Shown here: in pieces, positions 1 to 11,023 of the stretch | Numbering within the stretch: the first letter of the stretch is position 1 | How the letters are laid out: the number at the start of each line of letters is the position of its first letter | Assembly: GCA_963735845.1 (NCBI GenBank) | Contig: CAVTMN010000007.1 | Span: forward strand, 197,014 to 261,013 | DNA length: 64,000 nucleotides | Reading direction: 5' to 3' | Source: Vulcanimicrobiota bacterium | GTDB taxonomy: Bacteria > Vulcanimicrobiota > Vulcanimicrobiia > Vulcanimicrobiales > Vulcanimicrobiaceae | Notes under the pieces: generated by a model | Told to the model about the DNA's origin: nothing | The model's database searches: none | Seen by the model: the letters and a program-made list of their open reading frames with translations, nothing else | Made by a program: the position numbers and the translations under genes

Positions 1-903
1 GGGCGAGCGTATGTAAAGCGAAGGCTCGAAGCCGCTCGACGTCGGCGCCTTCATAAAGGAAGCGATAGGCGCCGAGCTCGTCGTAGAGCGCGACGTGCCC
101 GGCGCCGAAGAGTCGCCGTCCGATCGCCAAAGCCGTCTCTGCCGCCGCTGCGCCGCGCTGCAGTGCGGCCAGCGGCTCGAGCCCGCTCGCGCCGCCCGAA
201 ACGCGCAGCGGCGGTTTGCGCCGCGCGGCGTTGCGCGGAAGCAGCGTCGCCGCCGTCTTGGCGTTGCTCGCGTCTACCGCTCGCATCGCCGGCACCAGAA
301 CGAAGAGCGTCGCGCTACGCTCGACGAATCCGATTTCCGCTTCGGCACCGCGAAAGCCATCCGTTGCGAGTGCGCGCAGCGCGCTGACGTCGGGTCGCGC
401 CGCATCGGCTTCCGTTTCGGCTTCCAACGCGATGGTCGACGTAGTTCGGCGCGACGGTGATGCCGTGCGAAGCGGCCTCTTCGCGCGCGCTCGCAGCGTC
501 GTGGAAACTCGCCCGCGAGTGCCGACTCCCAGAAGCTCGCTTTGCGCCCGCGGTACGACGCTTCGCGCCCGAGCTCCGTCCCGAGAGCCGCTGCCGCTAA
601 TCGCAGAAGAAGTTCGGCGTCGGGATCGGAGTCGGTGCCGAAGAGCGTGAGCCACCCGATGTGATGGTTTCCGGCGCTGACGCGCGCGGCTCGTCCCGGC
701 GCTCCCGCTTCGACGACGTTGCGGGCCGTCGCTGGAACGTTACCGGTGCCGGCCGCCGCGAGATGTCGCCAATTCGCGTCTTCGAGAAGAACGCCGGCGC
801 CGCAGGTTTGCGCGAGATGCGTCGCGAGCGCTTTGGCTCCGCCGCCCGAGGCGGCGATCTTCGCCAGCGCTTCGGCGAATTCGACGATCTCTTCCGGCCT
901 CAC
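1..903 (-). CDS. PucR/CdaR-family transcriptional regulator, N-terminal ~300 aa (continues past window start); frame-disrupted
   Basis: GTG at 903 overlaps the upstream stop (GTGA). The translation VRPEEIVEFAEALAKIAASGGG...HHIGWLTLFG...ALEAETEADAARPDVSALRALA...RLFGAGHVALYDELGAYRFLYEG resembles PucR/CdaR regulators. The sensible reading switches frame near ~500 and ~435, so it is hidden inside composite ORF 274..2208 and two other frames. Confidence 0.55.
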
Positions 904-2190
904 GTTAGCGCGGGGCGCGGCCGATGACGAGGACGAATGTGCGGAAGCTTGCGCGCGACTTCGTCGGGCATGATCGCGTCGATGGCGTCGTCGACGGTGA
1001 CGATGCCGAGCATCTTGCCACGCTCGTCGAGCACCGGTACGGCGAGCAAGTCGTACTTCGCAATCGTCGACGGCGACGTCGACGGCCGGCGTATCGGGAG
1101 CGACGGTTACTATGTCGGTCTCCATGATCCGCTCGATGAATGCCGTCGGCAGCTCGAGCAGCAGCGTGCGCAGCGAGAGCGTTCCGAGCAGCTGGTCGTC
1201 CTTGTCGAGCACGTACAGGTAGTAAATGAACTCCGAGGTCGGCGCGATCTCTCGGATCTTACGAATCGTCGCTTCGGTCGTGCGGTGCGGATAGATCCAG
1301 ACGTAGTCGGTCGTCATCATGCCGCCGGCCGTATCCTCGGGGTACTTCACCAGCTCGCGCAGCTCGCCGGCGGTGTAGGCGTTCATCTCGGCGAGCAGCT
1401 CCGACTGCTGCTCTTCGGGAAGCTCGGAGAGTAAATCGGCCGCGTCGTCGGAGTCCATCTCTTCGATGATGTCGGCGGCGCGCTCGGTGCCGATGTCCTC
1501 GATGAGATTCTTGCGCGTTTCGGTATCGAGATGCTCGAAGGCATCGGCCGCGGTTTCGTCGTCGAGCTGTCCGACGACGGCGGCCGCTTCGCGCGCGGAG
1601 AGGTCGCCGATGATCTCGGCGAGCTCCGACGGATGCAGCCGCGCGAGACGGCTCTCCTTGACCGAGAGTTTTACGTGCGACGGATTGACCTCGCGAATTG
1701 GCGCGACCGAATCCCACGCAATCATCGAACGCGGCACGTTGCCGATGCGCGAGAGCCAGCGCTTTCCGAAAGAGCGTAAGCCGAGCCGGCGCAGCAGCCC
1801 GGCGAATCCGACGTCGGCGGCGACGACGCGCAGCCGGCCGCCCGCGTTGGCGACCTCGATGTCGTTGATGCGCACGACCTTGCGGCCGTCCACGTCGACG
1901 ATCTGCTTGTCGAGCAGATCCGCGACGAGGTAGAGCTCCTCTTGTTCCGGCGGCGCCGGTTCGGCCGGCGCGACGTTCAGTGCGACGGTGCCGTCGCGGT
2001 CGACGTCGAGAACCGTCTCGATCGGCGCGAAGCGCATTCCGCGCGCCGTTTTTATGACCAAGCCGTCGATTTGCGGGAAGACCGCGTCCGGTTTACCGAC
2101 GACAAAATCGGCGACCTTGCCGATGGGCAGGTCGTCGAGCGTCGCCTGCCGTCCGACGAGCTCCGAGATGAATCCCTCGGTGAAGGCCAT
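900..2190 (-). CDS. Soluble MgtE-N / CBS-pair / PRC-barrel domain protein (no membrane domain); one frame break
   Basis: The N-terminus looks PRC-barrel-like. An acidic MgtE_N-like region follows (LHPSELAEIIGDL...DSDDAADLLSELPEEQQSELL). The CBS pair ends IAKYDLLAVPVLDERGKMLGIVTVDDAIDAIMPDEV after a frame switch near ~1065. ATG 2190 has AAGGG about 8 nt upstream. Stop is TGA at 900-902. Confidence 0.7.
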
Positions 2191-2243
2191 ACGTCGGCCC
2201 TTAGGCAAGCCCGGGCGAAAACCCGCCCCTTAGTGTCGTTCCC

Positions 2244-3603
2244 TTACGCGGCGAGCGGCTCGCGCCGCATCCATGCGCCGTCGCGGAGCTTCCACTGCGT
2301 CAGCAGAGCGCGCGCCGTCCACGCGACGATCCAGCCCAAAGCTACGCTATAGAGACCCAAGTTCAGGCGCTCGATTCCCAGCCACGCCAGCGGTATCACC
2401 AGCGCGCTGCATATTATGCCGACGGTCATCGAAAAGCGCGTGTCGCCCGAGGCCCGAATCGGCGCCAGCGATACCATCGCCCATCCTTTGAGTGGGAGCG
2501 TCAACATGTGCAGCGCAAGCGGCAGCGCCGCAATGCTGGCGACGGCGGCATCGAGCGTGAAGAGGTACGCCAGCGGCCACGCCAATGCGGCGACGACGGC
2601 ACCGGTGAGCGTCGTAACGATCAGCGAGAAGCGCAGCGAGCGCTCGAAGAACGAGCGCGCCCCCGCCGGATCGCGCGCTCCCAAGCGCTGTCCGATGACG
2701 ATCTGCGTCGCGCTCTGCAGTGGGCTGGGCACGACGAAGGTCAGGTCGGAGACGACGTTGAGCGCGCGAAACGCAGCAACCGCAATCGCGCCGAGCGGCG
2801 CGAGCAGCGCGACGATTACGATGTCGGGTACCGTTACACCGAGTAGAAAGATCGCTTCGGGGAGACCGAGCAAGGCGGTGCGCTGTGCCAGTCGCGGTGA
2901 AAAATCGAGGCTGGCGAAGATGCGATACTCCGGACGGCGCGCCGTGTAAAAGAGCGCGTAGCCCGCGGCGATCGTCTCCGAAAGCAGCGACGAAACGCCG
3001 GCGCCGACGATACCGAACGGATGATGCGTCCACCAGCCCAGACCAAGCATCAGCAGCAGCGGAATGTGAATCACGTTGACGACGACCAGCACCAAGATGC
3101 CGAGCTGTCGATTTCCGGCCGCGCCCAAGCCGACGATCAGCGACCCCGAGATCACGATCGGCAGAATCGAGGCGCAGCGCAGGATTAAATAGATCGCAGC
3201 TCGGGTGGGCGCTGGGCAGCGAGCCGACCAGCGCGTGAATCGACGGACCCGCGCCGAAGAGGCTCGCCGCGAAGCAGATGATGCCTACGAGCATCGGCAG
3301 CGCAACGCCGGCGCGAACGGTTCGCGCGAAGCCGTCCACGTCGCCGGCGCCGATGCGTTGCGCCGCGACGAGCGACGTACCGCTCAGAAAACCCGACGCG
3401 ACGAAGACGATCGCGACAAAGATGGTGTTGGCCGCCGTCGCGCCGGCTAGTGCGACGAAGCCGAGGCTGCCGATGGCAATCGTGTCGACCGTTCCGAGCA
3501 GCTGATCGCCGAGGATCTGAATGGCAACGGGAATCGAAAGGCGCCGGAATGCGGCGCCTATTCGGCTATGGTCGACGATCATGCTTGTCGCGTCCATATT
3601 CAA
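2244..3603 (-). CDS. MATE-family efflux transporter; one frame break
   Basis: The N-terminal half (ORF 2347..3603 frame: FRRLSIPVAIQILGDQLLGTVDTIAIGSLG...) and the C-terminal half (ORF 2244..3155) are both polytopic and MatE-like. They join near 3160-3200. Confidence 0.75.
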
Positions 3604-3634
3604 GGCAGGACAGCCCGCGGCTGAAAAAGGTTAC

Positions 3635-4788
3635 TTAACGAAGCTTATCGAGAACGCGGAAGAAGGCGTCGATCTCCTCTTCGGTCGTGTAGAAGTGCGG
3701 GCCGACGCGAATTCCGCACGCGGGCCGGTAATCCACGAAAACCCGCTCCGCAACCAGCGCCCGGCAGGCCCGATCGGCTCCGTCGAAATCTATCGCAATC
3801 CAACCGGTGCGGCGCTCCGCTTCGAGCGGCGTGTTTACGCGCAAGCCGCGCTCCAGCGCCATCGCCGCGATGCGATCGGTCAGCCGCACGTTGTGGCGAC
3901 GAATCGCCGGCACGCCCAGCTCGGCGATGATGCGGTGTCCCGGCTGGGCGACCACGTAGCCCGGAATCGTCGGCGTGCCGTGGCCGAAGCGATACATCGA
4001 CGGTGCGTGAACGGTCGGCGCCGGTTCGAACTCGAAAGGACGCGCGTGCGCCATCCACCCGGTGATTGCCGGACGGAGCGATTCGCGAAGCCCGGCGCGC
4101 ACGTAGATCCACCCGCATCCCGGACCGCCGCAGAGCCACTTGTGCGATCCGCCGGTCGCCATGTCGAGATCCAAGTCGAGAACGTCGTACGGATAAATGC
4201 CGGTTGTTTGATAGGCGTCCACGCAGAGCAGCGCGCCGACGCTGCGGCAGTGCCCCTGGATGGCGCGAACGTCGGCTAACGCACCCGAAACATAGTACGC
4301 GTGCGAGATCACCGCGATCGCCGTCTTCTCGGTAATGGCGGCGACGATGCGCTCCGTCGGAACGGTGCGCCCGTCGTCGGAGGGAACGACCCGCACGGCC
4401 GCGCCGAAACGCTCCCATTCGCGCCAAACGTAGGTCAACGACGGAAACTGCAAGGCTTCGTAGACGACCTCGTTGCGAGAGCGTACGAAAATCGAAGCAG
4501 GTCGCGATCGCGGCCTGCATCACCGAAACGTTCGGACCCAAGAAGCAGGTGCCGGCCGGCGCGCCGATGATGGCGCCGATGCCGTCGGCGATCTCGGCGA
4601 TGGCCGGCAGCCAACGCTCCCACGCCTCGGGACCGTCCTTGGCCCATTCGTTCCAGTAGCGATCCAGCGCGCGGCGCGCGCCTAGCGGGGCGGCTCCCAT
4701 CGAATGGCTGACGAGATACGTCGAGTCGGCGAGAATCGGAAAGTCGGCGCGCCGCTGCGCCGGGCTCGGCGTCGATCGTTTCTTTCAT
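3635..4788 (-). CDS. kynU: Kynureninase; two frame breaks
   Basis: Three frames stitch together: MKETIDAE..ADFPILADSTYLVSHSMGAAPLGARRALDRYWNEW..., then NEVVYEALQFPSLTYVW..., then DMATGGSHKWLCGGPGCGWIYV...GIRVGPHFYTTEEEIDAF. Breaks lie near ~4745 and ~4470. ATG 4788 overlaps the kynA stop (ATGA). Confidence 0.85.
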
Positions 4789-5657
4789 GCGTAGGTCCCC
4801 GCCCCAAGATAAGTGCGCACGTCCCAGAGCTCGGGAAAGAAGCGGTGTGAGAGCGTGCTCTCGAGATACCGCGCGCCGGCGGAACCTCCGGTGCCCATCT
4901 TCTGTCCGATCATGCGCTCGACCATGCGCACGTGGCGTCCGCGCCAGAGCAAAAAGCGTTCGTCGAATTCGATGAGGTCCTCGAGCAGCAGGTAGAGATC
5001 GTAGTTGGCGGCTTCGTCGGAATAGATGCGGCGGTAACTCTCGATGAGCTCCTCGCTGGTATCGACGGCAAAGCCGCGACGCCGCAGCAGCGATTTGACG
5101 CGGTCGTAGAGCGACGGCGATTGCGCCCGCTGCTCGAGGCGCGCGCGGCGAGCCTCGTCGAGCTCGATCCACTTCAGCAGATTGGTCTGCCGCAGGCCGC
5201 AGGTAAACTCCAGCTCGCGAAACTGCACCGATTGAAAGCCGCTGGCCGGGTTGAGGTTGTCGCGGAACTGATTGAACTCTTGCGGCGTCATCGTCTCGAG
5301 AATGTCGACCTGCTGTTCGAGCAGCCGTTGAATTGTGTGAATGCGGCGAAAGTGTTTGGCGACGCGCAGCAAATCGTCGCGGTCCAACGCGGCCATTGTT
5401 GCGTCAACTTCGTGTAAGAGCTGCTTGAACCACAGCTCGTACACCTGATGGATGATGATGAAGAGCATCTCGTCGTGATGCGGCGGCCGCGACAGCGGCT
5501 GCTGAAGATCGAGCAGCTCGTCGATTTTGAGATAGGATCCGTAAGAAAGCGGCACTTTACGAAGGCTTACGGGGGCCGCTGAGCTTCTCCTCGAATCGGC
5601 TGCGTGTGAATTACTTGCGCCCCGCGGGAGTGCTGGCAGCCATCTTGCTTGCGGCAT
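4785..5657 (-). CDS. kynA: Tryptophan 2,3-dioxygenase
   Basis: SYGSYLKIDELLDLQQPLS..HHDEMLFIIIHQVYELWFKQLLHE...FRDNLNPASGFQSVQFRELE is a textbook TDO sequence. The 5657 start would overlap the divergent gene at 5606. GTG 5555 (MPLSYGSYL) is a plausible true start. Confidence 0.88.
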   Translation of the reverse strand: MPQARWLPALPRGASNSHAADSRRSSAAPVSLRKVPLSYGSYLKIDELLDLQQPLSRPPHHDEMLFIIIHQVYELWFKQLLHEVDATMAALDRDDLLRVAKHFRRIHTIQRLLEQQVDILETMTPQEFNQFRDNLNPASGFQSVQFRELEFTCGLRQTNLLKWIELDEARRARLEQRAQSPSLYDRVKSLLRRRGFAVDTSEELIESYRRIYSDEAANYDLYLLLEDLIEFDERFLLWRGRHVRMVERMIGQKMGTGGSAGARYLESTLSHRFFPELWDVRTYLGAGTYA

Positions 5658-6289
5658 GTTCGAATGCGAGCCACTCTGGGGGAGGTAGCCCCTCTCCGAC
5701 GCCGACGAACCCGGTCGATATCCCCCTTTTCGAAGGCGCCAGCGTGCTTTCGGCGCGCGCGTGGCACGATAAGATTCCGGCGCAAGCGAGCAGCGTCGAG
5801 CGTACCGTTTTCGGACAGGGCGGCGGAACGTACGACGGACACGACGTGGTCGCCGGTACGCAAGCGATGATGCCGGCGCTGGAAGCGTGGCTCGGCGATC
5901 TGACGGCGCATCCTCCGCCGGGCTACTCGATCGCCGTTAGCGGCAACACGGTGGAAGCGGTGCGCACGCATACGCGCGTGCTCGGCGTTGACTTCGTTGC
6001 CCTACAGAGCACCGAAAACGGCAAACGCCACGGCGTCGTCATCATGGCCGTCGATCCGCAAACGCTCGATGAAAAGGCCGGACCGATGCTGCGCCTTATT
6101 GGAAACCTCAAGCACATGCCGAAGGCGTTTCGCGATCCGCTCGACGCTCAGGCTCGCAAGCAGACCGGATTCTCCATCTCAGAAGCGACGAATCCCGACA
6201 CGCCCATCGGGGCGGCGATTGCCGCGCTCGACCAATTGCGTGACTTTGGCGGCCGGGGCATCGTGGTTATCGACGCCGTCAAGAACTAA
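5606..6289 (+). CDS. Hypothetical lipoprotein
   Basis: GTG start, signal peptide with lipobox (AAILLAAC) and an intact 227-aa ORF. I do not recognise the family. Confidence 0.55.
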   Translation: MNYLRPAGVLAAILLAACSNASHSGGGSPSPTPTNPVDIPLFEGASVLSARAWHDKIPAQASSVERTVFGQGGGTYDGHDVVAGTQAMMPALEAWLGDLTAHPPPGYSIAVSGNTVEAVRTHTRVLGVDFVALQSTENGKRHGVVIMAVDPQTLDEKAGPMLRLIGNLKHMPKAFRDPLDAQARKQTGFSISEATNPDTPIGAAIAALDQLRDFGGRGIVVIDAVKN

Positions 6290-6301
6290 CCGCGTCCTCT
6301 A

Positions 6302-8687
6302 GTGTCTACCGGCTCGTCCCAAGTGCGCCAAATCGGCGCCTGGGTCATGATAAACTTCCTTTGGCTGCCGATCACCTTTCAGGATACGGCGCTCTTAACG
6401 ATTGCCGTGCCGGCAACGACGGCGCGGTTGGCTCCTGCGAACCACGTCTTCGTTCTCTCGATTCTGGCCAGCATGACGGCGCTGGCGACGATGCTGGTTC
6501 CGCCGGTGAGCGGATGGCTCTCAGATGCGCGCCGCCGCCGCGGCGGTTCGCGCAGCTCCTTCGTGATCGCCGGATTGGCCATCGACGTTGCCGCGCTCGT
6601 CGGACTCGCCTATGCGAACACGCTGCCGGCCTTCGCGATTCTGCTCGTCATCGCGACGCTCGGCTCAAACGTAGCTCTGAGCGCCTACCAGGCGATGCTC
6701 CCCGAGGCCGTACCGAGAAAACATTGGGGCGTCGTCTCGGGAATTCGCGGCGTTGCAACGCTGGCGGGAACGGTCATCGGTTTTGCGATTGCCGGTCTCG
6801 CGCCGCGCCCCGAGATAACCTACTTGGCTGCGGCCGGCGTCATGGGTGTCGGTGCGATCTCGCTCCTCGGCGTGCGCGAGGGCGAGTACGGCGCCGAAGA
6901 AGAGCACGCCCACGTGCGCGATTGGCACGATTTCATGGTGGTCTTCGTCGGTCGGGCGCTAGTATTCTTTGGTTTAACGCTGCTGCAGACGTTCGTTCTC
7001 TACTTTTTCAGAGACGTCTTACGGTTGGGCAATCCGTCGGCCGGTACCGCGCTCTACGCATTCGCGACGGTGATCGGCGCGGTGGCTTCCAGCGTCGTTT
7101 TGGGTATTCTGTCGGATCGCGCGCCGCGCAAGATAATTACGGCGCTGGCCTGCGCGTGCTTGGCTCTGGCGACGATCGGTTTTGCGGTAGCACCGGAGCT
7201 GCGTTGGATACTGCCCTGCGCAGTGCTCTTCGGCATTGGATTCGGCGGAGTTATCTCCAGCGGTTGGGCGTTGGCTATGGACGCCGTCCCCAAGCTGCAC
7301 AACGTCGGCCGCGACCTTGGATTGTGGGGCGTTGCGACGACCATCCCAAGCGTGATCGCGCCGCTCGTCGGCGGCTGGCTAATCGGCCTCTTCCACGGCG
7401 ATCTCGCCGGCTATCAAGCGGCCTTCGGACTCGCGGCGTTCGCATTCGCGCTGGCGTCGTTGACGGTTCTGCGCGTCGGACACCGGCCGCTCAGCTCGCT
7501 GTGGGCCGTCCCGCTGCGCACGACTTCGGTAATCGCGAACTACGCCTGGGATCATCTCGCCTATCGCGTGCGTCGCTGGGGCAAACTCCCGCGCCGGCGC
7601 GGCCCGACGCTGATCATCGCCAATCACCAGCACGACTTCGAATCGCCGGCGATCGTTACGACGGCGACCGTCGAGAGCGGATCGTGGCGCCACCCCGTAT
7701 TCACCGCAAGTTCTCGCCGCATGTACGAGCCGGGATTCTTGGCGACTCGCCTTTCCTGGCTGAGCGTCTTTCTGCGGCGCGTCAACGCGGGTCCGCTCTT
7801 TGTTTCGCTTGGAATGTTGCCGATCGAGAACGAGCTAAGCTCGCGCGAGTTCGCGGCGTTTGCGTGGGCCGTCGCCCGCCGTCACGGTCCGCTGCCGCTC
7901 ACCGAGATCTTCGACGAACGGGTGTCATCGCGTTTTCCGGCGGGAGCGACGAGTTCCGACTTGGGACGGCGCAGGTTCTTCGCCGAGGCGCACCGCGTCG
8001 TCAAAGTCTCGACCGTGCGCGAACCTTATCGCCGCGAAATCCTCGACGAGACGCGCGCCCAGGTGGAGCTCGATCTTACTCGCATGGAGGACGTCGTGCG
8101 GCGCGGCGGCACGTTCTATCTGACTCCGGAGGGACACTACTCCACCGACGGACGGATGCTGCTGATGCGCGGTGCCGCCGAGCGGCTCGCACCGCTCGCC
8201 ACGATCTACGTAGCCGGCGTTAGCTACGATCCGTTCGTCGCGCGGCGCTTTTCGATGCTCTATCACATGGTGCGTTACGGTCCATTGGATCCGCAGCGCG
8301 ACGACAAGAAGCTCACGACGCTGAGCAAAACGCTGGCTGCCATTCGTCCGGTGGTGACGAGCCAGCTGCTCGGCAAGTGGCTCGACGGCCGCGATGGCGA
8401 GTTTACGGCCGGCGAGGCGGTCGCAGCAGTCCAAGCGCAGCTCTTAGCGCTCCCGCCGCAGCTCTTCGTCGATCCCGAGCTACGGCGCAATCCCGTCCGC
8501 CATGGTACGGCGCGCGCTGCCGCTAATGACGCGATGGAAGATTCTCGAATGCGGCGACGGGCGCTATCGCCTCGGCGCCGTCCGCCGCCACCCGCAGTTT
8601 CCGTTCGTCGGCGATATCGTCGCCTACCAAGCGCGGTTTCTGGAAGAGACGATTGCGAACGCCGATTACGCGGTGAAGTCTTCCTAG
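6302..8687 (+). CDS. MFS transporter fused to a PlsC-type acyltransferase domain (LplT-Aas-like architecture); one frame break
   Basis: The first ~400 aa are polytopic and MFS-like. They are followed by [16 protein letters not shown] and [10 protein letters not shown] (acyltransferase blocks). The true C-terminus is in ORF 8502..8687 (..[29 protein letters not shown]..) after a break near ~8495. The rest of the 1415-aa track ORF is read-through and antisense. Confidence 0.7.
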
Positions 8688-9147
8688 TCACGCCGGGAGC
8701 GTTCGAAGGCGGCGAGCCGCACGCGCAACGAGATGGCCGATGCGCCCTTGATGCGACCGTCGGCGCCGATCACTCGGTGCGCGGGCACGAAAAGATCGAG
8801 CGGCGCCGCCGACATCGCCGCGGCCACGCCGCGATGCGCCAGCGGGCGGCCGATGGCGCGAGCGACGTCGGCATACGAAACGAACTGACCGAACTCGAGC
8901 GCCGCGAACGGCTCGCCAGACCGCCACGCGAAAGGGCGTTCCCTCGAGTGCGAGCGGCAGATCGAAACGGAGCAACCGGCGAGCGAAATACGGCGCGCAC
9001 CTGTGCGGCAGCTTCGGCGAGCAGCGCGTCGCTCGGCTTGCCGTGCGGCGCCCGGCTAAAAGGGACGAAGCGGCTGCCGGTAATCGCCAAACCGTTGCCT
9101 TCAATCAACAAATCGCGACGAAAGGGCGTCGCCAGACGGCATTGCAT
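8684..9147 (-). CDS. MGMT/Ogt-fold protein with active-site Cys replaced by Ala (alkyltransferase-like); two frame breaks
   Basis: Stitched from three frames: [17 protein letters not shown]...QVRA / [27 protein letters not shown] / [51 protein letters not shown]...FERSRRD*. PAHRV occupies the position of the PCHRV motif (codon GCG). Confidence 0.65.
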
Positions 9148-9167
9148 AGGTGGCTCCGGGCGCAACA

Positions 9168-10549
9168 TGAAAGTCCCTGCTTACGTTATAGGGCTGGAGG
9201 ATATCTTGTACCGCGGAATCATTCGGGCGCTCAATGTTATTGCCATCGTGGCCCTAACGGCTTGTTCGTTTGGAGGCCGGTCGATGCTGCCGCAAGGCGC
9301 GTCGCCGGCACAACAGACCGGTTACGGTGACGTTCCCTTCGTCGGCGCCAACCCCATTCGCCGGCTCTGCGCTCCGCCGACCGGCACGCGCATGGCGTGC
9401 CTCGCGTATATGCGCACCGACTTCCAGCCGGCGATGCAGATGACGCCGATGCTCGGAGGCGACGGCGAGACCTGTCCCTTCGAAGGTGAAGCGTACTGTC
9501 CCAACGATCTGCAAGATGCGTATAAACTGCCGTCGCTTACGGCGGGTAAACTCAAGACCGTTGCGGTCGTCGATGCGTACGGCTACCATCATGCGGCCGG
9601 CGATCTCGCCGTCTATCGCAAGACGATGGGATTGAAGGCCTGCACGACGGCGACCAAGTGCCTGCGAATCGTCAATCAAGAAGGCCATTCGTCGCCGCTG
9701 CCGCCCGAGCCGCCGCCGAGCGACGACTGGAAGGGCGAGCAGTCGTTGGATCTCGACATGGTCTCGGCGATCTGTCCGAACTGTAAGATCGTCCTAGTTC
9801 AAACCAATAACAACGAGACCAGTAATCTCTACGCCGGCGTCAAGACCGCGTATACGGTCGGCGCCAAGTACATCGGCGCATCGTGGGGCGCTGCCGAAGA
9901 CTCGGGCAACTCAATCTTCCGCCATCCCGGCGTGGTCATCGCGGCCGCGGCCGGCGATAACGGCGGCGGCGGCGCGTACGGCGGCGGTCCGATTCGACCG
10001 TGCACGTATGCGTACGTGGTCTGCGTCGGCGGCTCGCACCTGACGCGTGCGGGCAACATGCGCGGTTGGAGCGAGACCGTTTGGAACGACTGGACCTACG
10101 ATCAGTGCGGCAACAGCGGCACCTCGCCGTGCGGCGCCACCGGAAGCGGCTGCAGCCGCAAGATCTCCAAGCCTGCGTGGCAGACCGATGCCGACTGTCA
10201 TATGCGGTCGGCGGCCGACGTCGCGGCGACCGCCTCGCTGCGTGCGCCCGTCGCGGTCTATAACTCGGAAGAAGGCGGTTCGGGCTGGCTTGCTTTTGGA
10301 GGAACCAGCGCGTCGGCGCAAATCATCGCTGCCGTTTTTGCCTTGGCCGGCAACGCCGGCGGTCAGACCGGCGCCAAAGGCATTTGGCAGCACCACACGG
10401 GCAATCTCTTCGACGTCACGAGCGGCAACAATCTCGATGCGAAGCTCGGCGTGACCTGCGCCTCGAGCGTGAAGTACATCTGCACGGCGCGCTTCGGCTT
10501 CGACGGTCCCACGGGTTGGGGAACTCCTAAGGGAATCGGCGCATTCTAG
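9168..10549 (+). CDS. Sedolisin-type (S53) serine peptidase, lipoprotein
   Basis: ATG 9168 and lipobox IVALTAC. GEQSLDLDMV supplies the Glu/Asp of the S53 catalytic set, and FGGTSASAQIIA supplies the nucleophile Ser. It is the intact distal part of the 1415-aa ORF. Confidence 0.8.
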
Positions 10550-10575
10550 GAGCTACCGACAAATAAGGAGGGTCC

Positions 10576-11023
10576 ATGACTAAGCGGTTCGCTGCAACCC
10601 TGGTCGCCGCGATGGCGATTGCAACGTTTATGGCCGCCGGACCTGGCGATAGCGCCGTCATCACCAACTCGGGCTCGACCAACGCCTACGGATACACCAT
10701 TAAGGTAACGCCGGACGGTAACGCGACGGTCGCGATGCAGGCCAGAGGCGCGGCTCCAAGTGCGGCTAAGCCGTTCACCGTCCCCAGCGCAACGATAACC
10801 AAGTTCTTCGCCGATCTGGCGGCGGCGCGCAAGGCGAACGTCGCGAGCGTCCCGTGCATGAAGAGCGTTTCGTTCGGAACCACGACGCACGTTACGTGGC
10901 AGGGATGGCAGTCACCAGATCTCGATTGTCCGCCCAAGCGACGACTTGGGCACCGCACTCGTCAACGACGTCGAGGCGATTCGCAAGGCCTCAGGTATTT
11001 CATCGACGCCGCTGATGCACTAG
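10576..11023 (+). CDS. Small secreted hypothetical protein; probable frame break near 3' end
   Basis: Strong SD (TAAGGAGGG) 5 nt before the ATG, and a signal peptide. The alternative frame from ~10940 gives LGTALVNDVEAIRKASGISSTPLMH*. Confidence 0.5.

Noticed and set aside
274-2208. 644-aa ORF as one protein
   Set aside because: It fuses the MgtE-N/CBS protein (true stop at 900-902 after a frame break) with the start of the PucR-like gene and an out-of-frame tail.
6302-10549. 1415-aa ORF as one giant protein
   Set aside because: It is a composite. It starts with the MFS-acyltransferase gene, whose real end is in another frame at 8687. It then runs as Arg-rich read-through antisense to the MGMT-like gene (8684-9147). 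It ends with the S53 peptidase, which has its own ATG (9168) and lipoprotein signal.
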